Part shown: positions 51,127 through 61,200 of the stretch, piece by piece
How positions within the stretch are numbered: the first letter of the stretch is position 1
Layout: every line of letters begins with the position of its first letter
NCBI GenBank assembly: GCA_023433925.1
Contig: JAEYTO010000007.1
Location: 5,633 to 69,632 of the forward strand
Reading direction: 5' to 3'
DNA: 64,000 nt
DNA from: Pseudomonadota bacterium
GTDB taxonomy: Bacteria > Desulfobacterota > Desulfovibrionia > Desulfovibrionales > Desulfovibrionaceae
Notes under the pieces: model-generated
Database searches by the model: none
The model's input: only the letters and a program-made list of their open reading frames with translations
Told to the model about the DNA's origin: nothing
Position numbers and translations under genes: made by a program

Positions 51127-52653
51127 ATGGGCATCATATATCTGGTTGGTTCCGGCCCCGGGGATCCCGGGCTGATCACGGTCAAGGCCGCCGAGCTGCT
51201 CATGGCCGCGGACGTGGTCGTCTACGACTGGCTCGCGCCCAAGGAGCTGCTCTCCTGGTGCCGCGAGGACGCCGAATTGATCTATGTGGGCAAGAAGGGC
51301 GGCGACCATACCCTGCCCCAGGACCAGATCAACGAGCTTCTCGTGAAGAAGGCCGGCGAGGGCCACGAGATCATCGTGCGCCTCAAGGGCGGCGATCCGT
51401 ACATGTTCGGCCGCGGCGCCGAGGAGGCCGAGGAGCTGGTCAAGGCCGGCGTGCCCTTCGAGGTCGTGCCCGGCGTGACGAGCGCCACCGCCGCCACGGC
51501 CTACGCGGGCATCCCGCTGACCCACCGCGACTACGCCTCCAGCGTGTCCTTCATCACGGGCCACGAGGGCGAGGGCAAGGAAGAGACCGCCCTGCGCTGG
51601 GAATCCCTGGCCAAGGGCACGTCCACCCTGGTCTTCTTCATGGGCGTGAAGAACCTGCCGAGCATCACGCAGAACCTGATCGACCACGGCATGGACCCGG
51701 ACATGCCCGCGGCCCTGGTGCACTGGGGCACCACCTGCCGCCAGCGCTCCTTCGTCTCCACGGTGGCCAAGATCGCCGCCGAGGCCAAGAGTCTCGGCTA
51801 CACGCCGCCGTCCCTGCTCGTGGTCGGCAAGGTCTGCCTGCTCAAGCCCAAGCTCGACTGGTTCGAGCATCGGCCGCTGCTGGGCAGGGGCGTGGTCGTC
51901 ACGCGCGCCCGCGAGCAGGCCAGCGACCTGCTCGCCTCGCTCCAGAACCTGGGCGCCTGCGCCTATGAGTTCCCGACCATCACCATCGAGCCCCTGGACG
52001 ACTACGGCCCGCTGGAAGACGCCATCCTGCGCCTGCAAGAGTACGACTGGCTCGTGTTCACTTCGGTCAACGGCGTGGAGTTCTTCTTCAAGGTCCTGCA
52101 CGAGATCGGCCTGGACGCCCGCGCCCTGGGCGGCCTGGAAGTGGCCGCCATCGGCCCGGCCACGGCCGAGCGGCTGACGAGCTTTGGCATCCTGCCCGAC
52201 TTCGTGCCCGAAAAGTACGTGGCCGAGCACGTTGTCCAGGGCCTGCTGGAGCTTGAGATCAAGGGCAAGAAGGTGCTCATCCCCCGCGCCGAGAAGGCCC
52301 GCGAGGTGCTGCCCGAGGAGCTGGCCAAGGCCGGCGCGCAGGTGGACGTGCTGCCCGTGTACCGCACCAGCCTGGCCGCCAGCGATCCCGAGGAGATCCG
52401 CAAGGCCCTGGCCGAGGAGCGCATCGACTACGTGACCTTCACCAGCTCCTCCACGGTGGACAACTTCTTCAAGCTCATCCCGCCCGAGGAGGTCAGGAAG
52501 CACCTGGGCCACCTGCGCCTGGCCTGCATCGGCCCGATCACGGCCAAGACCCTCCAGGGCCACGGATTCGAGGCGCACATCCAGCCCGAGGAGTTCACCA
52601 TCCCGGCCCTGGTGCAGGCCTTGCTGGACGACGCGGCCAAGCCCAAGGAATAG
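51127..52653 (+). CDS. cobA: Uroporphyrinogen-III C-methyltransferase / uroporphyrinogen-III synthase fusion (CobA-HemD)
   Basis: VGSGPGDPGLIT, RLKGGDPYMFGRG, VTRAREQAS, FTSSSTV. Confidence 0.95.
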   Translation: MGIIYLVGSGPGDPGLITVKAAELLMAADVVVYDWLAPKELLSWCREDAELIYVGKKGGDHTLPQDQINELLVKKAGEGHEIIVRLKGGDPYMFGRGAEEAEELVKAGVPFEVVPGVTSATAATAYAGIPLTHRDYASSVSFITGHEGEGKEETALRWESLAKGTSTLVFFMGVKNLPSITQNLIDHGMDPDMPAALVHWGTTCRQRSFVSTVAKIAAEAKSLGYTPPSLLVVGKVCLLKPKLDWFEHRPLLGRGVVVTRAREQASDLLASLQNLGACAYEFPTITIEPLDDYGPLEDAILRLQEYDWLVFTSVNGVEFFFKVLHEIGLDARALGGLEVAAIGPATAERLTSFGILPDFVPEKYVAEHVVQGLLELEIKGKKVLIPRAEKAREVLPEELAKAGAQVDVLPVYRTSLAASDPEEIRKALAEERIDYVTFTSSSTVDNFFKLIPPEEVRKHLGHLRLACIGPITAKTLQGHGFEAHIQPEEFTIPALVQALLDDAAKPKE

Positions 52654-52665
52654 GGAACGCGCGCC

Positions 52666-53346
52666 ATGCCCTTGAAACTCGCCGTGCTCGTGTCCGGCTC
52701 GGGCTCGAACCTGCAAGCGATCATCGACCGCGCGGCCTCGGGCCTGCTCGACGCCGAGCTGAGGGTCGTGCTCTCCAACCAGCCGGAGGCCTTCGGCCTT
52801 GAGAGGGCGCGCAAGGCGGGCGTCCCCGCGCTGGCCCTTTCCCACGGCGACTACGAGGACCGCGCCGGCTTCGACCAGGCCATGATCGAGGCCATACGCG
52901 GCCATGGCGCCGACGCCGTGGCCATGGCCGGGTTCATGCGCATGGTCACGCCCGGCTTCCTGCGGGCCTTTCCGGGGCGGGTGCTCAACATCCACCCGGC
53001 GCTCCTGCCGAGCTTCCCCGGCACGCACGGCCAGCGGGACGCGGCCGACCATGGCGTGCGCATCGCCGGCTGCACGGTGCACTTCGTGGATGAGGGCATG
53101 GACTCGGGACCCATCATCATCCAGGCCGCGGTCCAGGCTTTGCCCACGGACACGAGCGAGACCCTGGGCGCGCGCATCCTGACCATGGAGCACCGCATCT
53201 ATCCGCAGGCCCTGCAATGGCTCTCCGAGGGGCGGCTCTCGGTCAGGGGCCGCAAGGTCTTCCTCGCGCCGGCCCGCAAGCCCAAGGCCTTCCTTGGCGA
53301 GCCCGGCGAATACATGGTATCTCCGGCGCTGGAGCAAGGATTCTAG
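52666..53346 (+). CDS. purN: Phosphoribosylglycinamide formyltransferase
   Basis: SGSGSNLQA, NIHPALLPSFPG, GCTVHFVDEGMDSGPII. Confidence 0.96.
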   Translation: MPLKLAVLVSGSGSNLQAIIDRAASGLLDAELRVVLSNQPEAFGLERARKAGVPALALSHGDYEDRAGFDQAMIEAIRGHGADAVAMAGFMRMVTPGFLRAFPGRVLNIHPALLPSFPGTHGQRDAADHGVRIAGCTVHFVDEGMDSGPIIIQAAVQALPTDTSETLGARILTMEHRIYPQALQWLSEGRLSVRGRKVFLAPARKPKAFLGEPGEYMVSPALEQGF

Positions 53347-53358
53347 CCCGGAGACATC

Positions 53359-53910
53359 ATGGCCGAATTCCGTTTCCAGCTCAGCGACCAGGAGAAGGCC
53401 TACCTCAAGGACCTCGTGCACGCGGCCATCGCGCGCTGCCTGAAGGACGGCTGCCCGCCCCTGCCCGAGCCGCCCACGGACACCCTGCGCGAGAAGCTCG
53501 GGGCTTTCGTGAGCCTCAAGATCGGCGGCCGGCTGCGCGGCTGCATCGGGCACATCGTCGGCGACATGCCGCTGCACAAGACCGTGGCCGAGATGGCCCG
53601 CTGCGCGGCCTTCGAGGACCCGCGCTTCCCGCCTTTCACGGATGACGAGCTTGCCCGGGCCGAGATCGAGATATCCGTGCTCGGCCCGCTCACGCCCTGC
53701 CCCGACCCTGGCATGATCGAGGTGGGCCGCCACGGCTTGCTTGTGCGCCAAGGCCTGCGCTCGGGGCTGCTCCTGCCCCAGGTGCCGGTGGAGTGGAAGT
53801 GGGACCGCGAGACCTTCCTGCGCCAGACCTGCGCCAAGGCCGGCCTGCCCTCGGACTGCTGGCAGGACCCGCGCACGGCCGTCTTCTGGTTCGAGGCCGA
53901 GGTCTTTTAG
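53359..53910 (+). CDS. amrA: AMMECR1-domain protein (AmmeMemoRadiSam protein A)
   Basis: GAFVSL, LRGCIG, AAFEDPRF, GLLLPQV. Confidence 0.92.
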   Translation: MAEFRFQLSDQEKAYLKDLVHAAIARCLKDGCPPLPEPPTDTLREKLGAFVSLKIGGRLRGCIGHIVGDMPLHKTVAEMARCAAFEDPRFPPFTDDELARAEIEISVLGPLTPCPDPGMIEVGRHGLLVRQGLRSGLLLPQVPVEWKWDRETFLRQTCAKAGLPSDCWQDPRTAVFWFEAEVF

Positions 53911-54433
53911 GGCCTGCTCACATTACCTGAGAGCTTCCACGATCAGCGCAAGAGTGAGGAAGCCAAGGTACATGACATCAAGCTTGTCGTAATCCCGGCT
54001 GAGTCGCCTTGTTTCATTGCCTTCGTATGCTCCATCCATGAGCAAGGGGCATAGGTGAGAAGGCGGGCCGCCAAGAGCGGCCAGCAGGCGTCTGCCCTGT
54101 GGGGCATCGCCTGCGTTGCCAGGAGAGAGGCCATAAATCAGCGGCCACTCAGCAGTCGCGGCAACCATATGAATTTTGGTTGTCCATCCACCTCTGGATT
54201 TGCCGATGGGCTGGGGTCCTCTTTTTTAAAGCGATTTGCAAATCAACTGAGAGAGGGCGCTGCCCTCTCCCAGGCTCTCCCCCGGCAGGGGAATGATTCC
54301 CTTGCACCCCCGATGCTTAAGAGTATTGGAAGCGATTTCTCAGCTTGATTGCAAGCCGTATATGGCCCCCCCGGAGTCAAGAGAGCAAGCCTTTGGATTC
54401 GCTATAATGAAGGCAACTAGCGTTAACAGGCCC
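53910..54433 (-). mobile_element. Internally deleted IS5-family element (transposase remnant about 53923-54230)
   Basis: Inverted repeats gggcctgctcac / gttaacaggccc flanked by TA on both sides; remnant KKRGPQPIGKSRGGWTTKIHM...LLMDGAYEG...KLDVMYLGFL. Confidence 0.82.
54227..54320. repeat. MITE/REP-like copy nested in the IS5 remnant
   Basis: taaagcgatttgcaaatcaactgagagagggcgctgccctctc...caggggaatgattcccttg; inverted relative of 33967-34040. Confidence 0.75.
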
Positions 54434-56850
54434 TAACCCCGCTTCCCGCCCTTGCCCACGCGCGGCCGCTTGACGGTCTTGCGCGCTCCGCGCTTGGGCG
54501 CTTCCGCTCCGCCTTCGGCGGATTTCCCACTCTTTCCGGCCTTGGGTTTCCGGCCCTCGGCCGGTTTCTCGCCCATGCGCGCCGTGGTCTTGCCCTTCTT
54601 GGCCCCGGCCTTGCGCGCGACCTTGACCGCCCGCTCCATGGCCTTGCGGCGCTGCTTCCTCGTGCCGGGCAGATCGGCCACAAGGATCTCCTCCTCGACC
54701 TCCTCGCCCTGCTCGCCCTCGGCCAGCTCCAGGTTGACCTCCAGCCGCTCCAGGCTCACGTCCACGAGCGTGACCTTGACGGCCTGGCCCAGGCGGAAGA
54801 TGCGGCCCGTGCGCTCGCCCACGAGCATGTGCCGCTCGGAGAAGAAGGCGTAGTAGTCGTCGTTGATGGTCGATAGGCGCACGAGCCCTTCGGCCATGAC
54901 CTCGCGCAGCTCGACCCAGAAGCCGAAATCGGCCATGCCGTTGATGACGCCCGTGAGCTCCTGGCCGACCTTGTCGCGCAGGAACAGGATGGTGATGCGC
55001 TTGAGGATTTCGCGCTCGGCGTCCATGGCCACGCGCTCGCGCCCGCTGAGCTGGTCGCCCACCTCGGCCAGATGCTCGAAGGACATGAGCGATCCGCCTG
55101 GCAGACCCAGCTCCTCCTTGAGGGCGCGGTGCACCACGAGGTCGGCGTAGCGGCGGATGGGCGAGGTGAAGTGCGCGTAGCACTCGCTGGCCAGGCCGAA
55201 GTGGCCCACATTCTCGGGCGAGTACTTGGCCTGCATCATGGTGCGCAGGGTCAGGCGGTTGACCATGAACTCCAGGGCCTTGCCCTGGGCCGCCGCGAGC
55301 AGCCCCTGCAAGCCCTTGGGCGAAGCCTCCTCGGGCACCTTGTGGCCGATCTCCGTGCCCATGAGCAGCTCGAACAGCGCCGCGACCTTGTCGATGTCCG
55401 GCTCGGGGTGGATGCGGTAGAGCAGGTCGCGGTTCCGGTCGCGCAGGAAGCGGGCCACGGCTTCGTTGGCCGCGACCATGAACTCCTCGATGATCTGGTG
55501 GCCGAAATGGCGCACGCGCGGCCGGATGTCCGTGGTTTCGCCCTGGAGGTTGAAGAGGATCTCGGGCTCGGGCAGGTCGAAGTCCAGGCTGCCGCGGGCC
55601 TTGCGCTGCTTGTTCGTCTTGCGCGCCAGCTCCTCGGCCAGCTCCAGCATGGGCAGCACGTCCTTGACGTTCTCGCGCTCCTGCTCGTCCTTCTCCAGCA
55701 CGGCGCGCTGCACCTGGCCGTAGGTCAGCCGGGCGTGGCTCTGGATGACCGCGGCGTGGAAGTCCGTGCGGCCGGGCAGCCCCCTGGCGTCGAAGTCGAT
55801 CTCCGCGACCATGGTCAGGCGCGGCACGTGCGGGTTGAGGCTGCACAGGCCGTTGGAGAGCTTCTCCGGAAACATGGGCTCCACGGACTGCGGGAAGTAG
55901 TAGGAGTTGCCGCGCTCCAGGGCCTCGCGATCGAGCGGCGTGCCGGGCCGCACGTAGTGGGCCACGTCGGCTATGGCCACCCACAGCGTGTAGCCCCCGC
56001 CCCGGCGCTCGACGTACACGGCGTCGTCGAAGTCGCGCGCCTTGGCGCCGTCGATGGTCACGAAACCCACCTGGCGCATGTCGCGGCGTCCGCCCCACTC
56101 CCTGGGGTCGGGCTCCGCGGGCATCTCCTCGGCCTGAGCCAGGACCTGCTCGGGGAAGACCGTGGGCACGCCGTTGTTCAGCTTGACCAGGGCCTCCTGC
56201 ACGCTCACGTCGTCCTCGGCCCCCAGGCGGCGCAGGAGCTCGCCCTCCCACAGGTTGCGGTCGATCTGCTCGCCGATGCGGGCCACGAGCACCTCGCCGG
56301 GCTTGGGGTGGTCGCCCTCGAACTCCACGACCATGCTGATGGTGTGCTTGGGATTGGTCGGCTCGCACAGCCACAGGTTGCCGTGCAGGCGGCGCTGGGC
56401 GCGCACGGCCATCTCCTGGATGGAACGCTCGATGATGCGCGCGATGCGGCCTTCGGGCCGCCGTGTTCCGCCGGCCTCGCGCGTGAGCACGACCATGACC
56501 CGGTCGCCGTGCCAGGCCCCGTTGAAGTCCTTGGGGTTGACGAAGATATCCTTGGTTCGGCGCTTGTCCTCGGGGATGACGAAGCCCACGCCCGAGCGCT
56601 GGACCTCCAGGCGGCCGCTGACCATGTTCATGCGCTCGGCCAGGCCCCAGCCCTTGCCGATCTGCACCACGCGGCCCTCCTCGGCCAACTCCTGGAGCAC
56701 GTGGCGCAAGGCCTCCTTCTCCTGCCTCTGCGCGCCGAGCGAGCGCAGGATTTCCTTGTCGCGCAGCGGCTTGCGAACCTCGCGGAAGAGTTCGAGCACC
56801 GTGTCGCGTTCAACGGCCGAATAGTGTGACTTTCGCTTGGATCTGGTCAT
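54433..56850 (-). CDS. rnr: Ribonuclease R
   Basis: VTIDGAKARDFDDA, IEEFMVAANE, HFTSPIRRYADL, S1 domain, basic tail. Confidence 0.96.
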   Translation of the reverse strand: MTRSKRKSHYSAVERDTVLELFREVRKPLRDKEILRSLGAQRQEKEALRHVLQELAEEGRVVQIGKGWGLAERMNMVSGRLEVQRSGVGFVIPEDKRRTKDIFVNPKDFNGAWHGDRVMVVLTREAGGTRRPEGRIARIIERSIQEMAVRAQRRLHGNLWLCEPTNPKHTISMVVEFEGDHPKPGEVLVARIGEQIDRNLWEGELLRRLGAEDDVSVQEALVKLNNGVPTVFPEQVLAQAEEMPAEPDPREWGGRRDMRQVGFVTIDGAKARDFDDAVYVERRGGGYTLWVAIADVAHYVRPGTPLDREALERGNSYYFPQSVEPMFPEKLSNGLCSLNPHVPRLTMVAEIDFDARGLPGRTDFHAAVIQSHARLTYGQVQRAVLEKDEQERENVKDVLPMLELAEELARKTNKQRKARGSLDFDLPEPEILFNLQGETTDIRPRVRHFGHQIIEEFMVAANEAVARFLRDRNRDLLYRIHPEPDIDKVAALFELLMGTEIGHKVPEEASPKGLQGLLAAAQGKALEFMVNRLTLRTMMQAKYSPENVGHFGLASECYAHFTSPIRRYADLVVHRALKEELGLPGGSLMSFEHLAEVGDQLSGRERVAMDAEREILKRITILFLRDKVGQELTGVINGMADFGFWVELREVMAEGLVRLSTINDDYYAFFSERHMLVGERTGRIFRLGQAVKVTLVDVSLERLEVNLELAEGEQGEEVEEEILVADLPGTRKQRRKAMERAVKVARKAGAKKGKTTARMGEKPAEGRKPKAGKSGKSAEGGAEAPKRGARKTVKRPRVGKGGKRG

Positions 56851-56920
56851 GATGAAACCTCCGGCGGCCGGGAGACAATCCCGTCCGGGCTATCTGTATG
56901 CTTGGTGATCTGGCTCGGCA

Positions 56921-57002
56921 ACCGGGAAGGGCTTCGCCCTCCCGGACCCACCCACCAAGGCCCATGTCCTGATATGGCGGCCCTTGGAACCCACATTTTG
57001 CT
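56921..57002. repeat. MITE/REP-like family copy
   Basis: accgggaagggcttcgccctcccggacccacccaccaaggccc...ggcggcccttggaacccacatt. Confidence 0.8.
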
Positions 57003-57075
57003 GGCGGATACGCCAAACCGCGGGCGAACGGCATGCGCCTGCCTGCCGCATGGTGCGCGGGGGGTGGGAATATGT

Positions 57076-58155
57076 TTATCGGCGATCATCCGCGCCAGTG
57101 TGACGCGAATTCCAGAAATGCTCAATGAATTGCGGCAGGCTTTGCGACGTGAACAGTCCCTGGCCAAAGGACAGGGACAGGTCGAGGGTCACGAACTCCG
57201 GTCCGGCAAGGGCCTGGAGCTTCACGGCGTCCTTGGGCGTGACGAGCACGCGCGGGCAGGACAGGGCCTTGGCGCGGGCCAGGATGCGCCGCACGTCCTC
57301 GGCCGTGAAGGCGTGGTGGTCCGGGAAGGCCATGACCTCGGCCGGCGGCTGGCCCAGATAGAGCGCGGCCGTGGCCGCCACCTGCGCCGGCAGGCCCACG
57401 CCCGTGGCCAGCAGGTACGGCCTGCCGCCCAGGTCGGCCAGCCGCTCGCCATCGGCCAGGGCCACCAGTTCGCGCGGCGTGATCTCGAAGGGAAAGACCG
57501 GCCTGCCCAGGTCGGCCAGGCGGTTCTCGACGAAGGGCCTCAGCGTTGCGAACGCCGAGGTCGAGGCCTTGATGCAGAAGGCCGAGGCGCGCGCGAGCGC
57601 GCCGCGCCCCTCGCGCCACATGCCGGCCGGAAAGACGCGGTCCCAGCCTCGGGTCAGGTCCTCGGGGTGCAGGAGCACGAGGTCCAGGTCGCGCTCCACG
57701 GCCAGATGCTGGAAGCCGTCGTCGAGCACGAACAGGTCGGGCCTAAACCTCTCCCAGGCGTACGGCCCGGAACGCTTGCGCACAGGGTCCACGACGACCC
57801 GCGCGCCGGGGTGCGCGCGGGCGAGCATGAGCGGCTCGTCGCCGGCCTGCTCCGGCCTGCTGGCCTGCTCCACGACATACGGCAGGTATTTCGGCCTAGC
57901 CTTGTAGCCCCTGGTCAGGAGCACCGGCGACAGCCCCCTGGCCTCGGCCCAGCCGAGGAGCCAGTCGCAGAGCGGAGTCTTGCCGCTGCCGCCCATGGAG
58001 ATGTTGCCCACGCTGATACACGGCACGGGCGGCCGCCAGCGGTCGTCTCCTTCGAGCCAGCGGTGTTCGCGCATGCGCATGGCCAGGGCATAGGCCTTGC
58101 CCATGGGCCACAGGATCGGGAACAGGGCGGATTGCACGGCGGGGAGTAGGGACAT
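57076..58155 (-). CDS. lpxK: Tetraacyldisaccharide 4'-kinase
   Basis: SVGNISMGGSGKTP, LTRGY, GDEP, LDDGFQH, FPDHH, TPKDAVK. Confidence 0.95.
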   Translation of the reverse strand: MSLLPAVQSALFPILWPMGKAYALAMRMREHRWLEGDDRWRPPVPCISVGNISMGGSGKTPLCDWLLGWAEARGLSPVLLTRGYKARPKYLPYVVEQASRPEQAGDEPLMLARAHPGARVVVDPVRKRSGPYAWERFRPDLFVLDDGFQHLAVERDLDLVLLHPEDLTRGWDRVFPAGMWREGRGALARASAFCIKASTSAFATLRPFVENRLADLGRPVFPFEITPRELVALADGERLADLGGRPYLLATGVGLPAQVAATAALYLGQPPAEVMAFPDHHAFTAEDVRRILARAKALSCPRVLVTPKDAVKLQALAGPEFVTLDLSLSFGQGLFTSQSLPQFIEHFWNSRHTGADDRR

Positions 58156-58209
58156 GCGGCGGGTTTACACCAACCCACCAGAAATAAAAAGTTTAGGAAG
58201 GAGTGGGGT

Positions 58210-58331
58210 TCGGGGAGGGGAAACCCTTTTCACAATTCCGCAGGAAGGCGGAATTGGACGTCGCTGCTTTGCGGCGACGCCCGGAGGGCGAGGGCCAGGA
58301 CGGCCCGAGTCAAAGGGTTTCCCCTCCCCGA
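58210..58331. repeat. 20-bp perfect inverted repeat whose loop holds an 80-bp four-hairpin module (58232-58311)
   Basis: tcggggaggggaaacccttt / aaagggtttcccctccccga; the insert is homologous to 33809-33887. Confidence 0.88.
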
Positions 58332-58345
58332 TTGGCTTTCAGCCG

Positions 58346-59053
58346 TTACTCCCTGCTGCCGCCGAACAGGCGCAGGAGCATGAGGAACAGGTTGATGAAG
58401 TCGAGGTAGAGCCTCAGCGCGCCGAGGATGGAGCCGCGGCGGATGGCGGTCGTGTCGCCGTGGGGCGCGCTCTCGCCCATGACGCGCAGTTGCTGGGTGT
58501 CGTAGGCGGTCAGTCCGGTGAAGACGATGACGCCGACGATGCTGATGACGAAGTGCATCATGGGGCTTTGCAGGAAGATGTTCACGAGCATGGCGATGAA
58601 CATGCCGATGAGGCCCATGAACAGGAAGCTGCCCCAGGAGGTCAGGTCCTTCTTGGTGGTCAGGCCGTAGATGGACATGGCCCCGAACATGCCGGCCGTG
58701 GTCACGAAGGCCTTGAAGATGGCCGCGGGCGCGTAGGCCGCGAAGATGACGGACAAAGTGATGCCGTTCAGGGCGCTGTAGAGCAGGAACAGGCCCGTGG
58801 CCGTGCCGGCGGACATGCGGTGGATCGCGCCGCTGATGGCGAAGACCAGGGCGACCTCGGCGATGATGATGCCGATGAGCAGGATGCTGTTGCCCCAGAA
58901 GAGCTGGGCCAGGGTGGGGCTGCCCGCGACCAGGAAGGCCAGGGCGGCGGTGACGCCCAGGCCGGCGGTCATCCAGCCGTACACGCCGCGCATGAAGGCG
59001 TTCATGACCTCGGCGCGCGCCTGGGTGCTGGGCATGGAACGGTAGTTGGCCAT
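58346..59053 (-). CDS. Bax inhibitor-1/YccA family membrane protein
   Basis: FMRGVYGWM, GLTAYDTQ, GALRLYLDFINLFL; AGGAGG RBS. Confidence 0.93.
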   Translation of the reverse strand: MANYRSMPSTQARAEVMNAFMRGVYGWMTAGLGVTAALAFLVAGSPTLAQLFWGNSILLIGIIIAEVALVFAISGAIHRMSAGTATGLFLLYSALNGITLSVIFAAYAPAAIFKAFVTTAGMFGAMSIYGLTTKKDLTSWGSFLFMGLIGMFIAMLVNIFLQSPMMHFVISIVGVIVFTGLTAYDTQQLRVMGESAPHGDTTAIRRGSILGALRLYLDFINLFLMLLRLFGGSRE

Positions 59054-59392
59054 TGTATTCCTCCTGAATTGATAGCCGGACGAAAGTTCAACCATGCTAA
59101 TGCCTAGAATCCCGCCTGACAAGGGAAACCGGCATACCGCCGGCCACGCCGCCCTGGATGGCGTGGAGTGGCGCTCATTTGGCCCGCGCGACCGGATTAC
59201 CATTCGTAAGTTTCCGACTTCGGCGGGCATGACCGGCTCAAGGGGGCTAGGGCAATACTCTCCGCTCACCTTGGCTCCAGCGGGTATAAACTTTACAGCC
59301 TTACGACCCGGCAGTCCGAAAGTGATATCCTCGGCGCACTATTTCCTGGAAGGAGCGCTCACAGGAACCGACAAAAGCCAAGGAGAGCAAGC

Positions 59393-60121
59393 ATGCCCAG
59401 CCAGTCAGCCATCAACCGCCGCACTTTTTTCGGGCTCGGCGCAGCCTTTGGAGTGACGGCCCTGTCGCCGGCCGGACTGTTCGCCGCCGAGAGCAAGGCC
59501 GAGGTCGACATCATGCCCGTGGAGGATCTCATGCAGGAGCACGGCCTGATCGATCGCGGCCTGCTGGCCTACGAAGAGATCGCCCGCCGGCTCACGACCA
59601 CCGAGCAGGCCCCCACGAAAATCCTGCGCGAGGTCGCGGAGTTCAGTGCCCAGTTCAGCGAGGCCTACCATCAGGTGCTTGAAGAGCGTCTCGTTTTCCC
59701 TCGCATGCGCAAGCAGAACGTCAAGGTTGACCTCGTGCAGATCCTGGAGCGCCAGCACGAGGCCGGCCGCATGATCACAAGCCGCATACAACGTTTTGCT
59801 GTCCAGGGCTCCAGGTCTCCGAGCATCGCGGATCGGCGGGAGGCCGCCATGCTCATTGAGCAGTATGTGCGCATGTACCGGCCGCACGCTGCCCGCGAGG
59901 CGACTGTGCTCTTCCCGGCTTTCCGGGAAACCTACAGCCCCGAGGAGTACAGGCGGCTGGCCCAGGAGTACGAACGGATGGAGGAGCAGCTCCTGGGGGA
60001 AAAATCCTTCGAGGATTACGAGAAGCAGATCACGCGGATGGAGAAGGATCTGGGCATCCACGACCTGGCCCAGTTCACGCCCAGGCTGTCGGAGATGCCG
60101 AAGTCCGACGGCAAGGGCTAG
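59393..60121 (+). CDS. Hemerythrin-like domain protein with Tat signal
   Basis: NRRTFF signal; LMQEH, YHQVLEE, QHEAGR, HAAREATVLFP. Confidence 0.82.
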   Translation: MPSQSAINRRTFFGLGAAFGVTALSPAGLFAAESKAEVDIMPVEDLMQEHGLIDRGLLAYEEIARRLTTTEQAPTKILREVAEFSAQFSEAYHQVLEERLVFPRMRKQNVKVDLVQILERQHEAGRMITSRIQRFAVQGSRSPSIADRREAAMLIEQYVRMYRPHAAREATVLFPAFRETYSPEEYRRLAQEYERMEEQLLGEKSFEDYEKQITRMEKDLGIHDLAQFTPRLSEMPKSDGKG

Positions 60122-61200
60122 GGCTCGGCCAGGGCGTGCCGCTCGTCGCGCACGGCCTCCCAACGCGGCTCGGACCAGCTGAGCGGAGTCTGGCGGCTGG
60201 GCAGGACGCTCACCTCGCGGGTGGTCCCGCCCTGGGTCACGGCCATGACCACCTGCTGGCCGGGCGCCTCGCGTAGGGCCTTGGGCGAGAAGGAGGCGGC
60301 GAAGGCGGCCGCGTCACGCACGGCCTCCTCCGGCCAGGGCCGGCCCGGAAACTGGCGGCCGATGGCCACGGGGCTCGGGAAGTCGCGCAGGTCGAAGAGC
60401 AGGTCCGCGTCCAGGGCCATGGTCCGCAGCCGCTCGTTGTCGGCCTTGTTGCGGCCGATGGTCAGCATGTGCTCGCCGGCCCAGTACACGCGGCCCTGGT
60501 TGCACAGCTCGAAGTCCTCGGGCCTCGGTTCGCCCACGGCGCGCATGACCTTGAGGTAGCGGGCCGAGGGCTCGGCCTCGGTGAGCATGCAGCCGCCGCC
60601 CGGAGTGGGAATGGTGGTGATGCCGAACTCGGCGGCCAGCTCCATCTGAGCCTTGCGGCCTCGGCCCGAGAAGCCCTTGAGGCGCTCGCGGTCCACCAGG
60701 CCGCGCTTCTCCACTTCGGACGGCTCCATGACCCTGGCCGACAGCGGCCGCAGGAGCACGTCGTCGGCCCCGGAGTCCTTGCGCACGGCGTGCAGCGCGT
60801 CGCGGCGCTGGGACATGGGCCGCTGGCCCAGGACCTCGCCGGAGATGATCAGCTTCGCGCCCAGGGACGGCATGAGGGACTTGGCCATGCGCACCATGTA
60901 GGTGTGGCAGTCCACGCAGGGGTTCAGGGACTTGCCGTAGCCCCGCTTGGGACTTAGCAGGACCGTGCGCAGGTAGTCCTGCCCGAGGAGCACGGGCCGG
61001 ACCTCGATGCCGTACTCGCGCCGCCAGAAGCCGGCCTTGCCAGGCGTGCCGAAGAAAGGGCTGACGAAATGGAGAGCCAGCACGGACAGGCCCTGGGCCT
61101 GGATGACCTTGACGGCCAGGATGGAGTCCAGCCCGCCCGAGAAGAGGGCCAGGGCGTCGTGGCGCTGGCCGATGTCGCTCGCGATGTTTTTGAGGGTCAT
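60118..61200 (-). CDS. PP-loop tRNA sulfurtransferase-like protein (MnmA/ThiI-like)
   Basis: LFSGGLDS, NPCVDCH, GEVLGQRPMSQ, PGGGCMLT, IGRN. Confidence 0.85.
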   Translation of the reverse strand: MTLKNIASDIGQRHDALALFSGGLDSILAVKVIQAQGLSVLALHFVSPFFGTPGKAGFWRREYGIEVRPVLLGQDYLRTVLLSPKRGYGKSLNPCVDCHTYMVRMAKSLMPSLGAKLIISGEVLGQRPMSQRRDALHAVRKDSGADDVLLRPLSARVMEPSEVEKRGLVDRERLKGFSGRGRKAQMELAAEFGITTIPTPGGGCMLTEAEPSARYLKVMRAVGEPRPEDFELCNQGRVYWAGEHMLTIGRNKADNERLRTMALDADLLFDLRDFPSPVAIGRQFPGRPWPEEAVRDAAAFAASFSPKALREAPGQQVVMAVTQGGTTREVSVLPSRQTPLSWSEPRWEAVRDERHALAEP

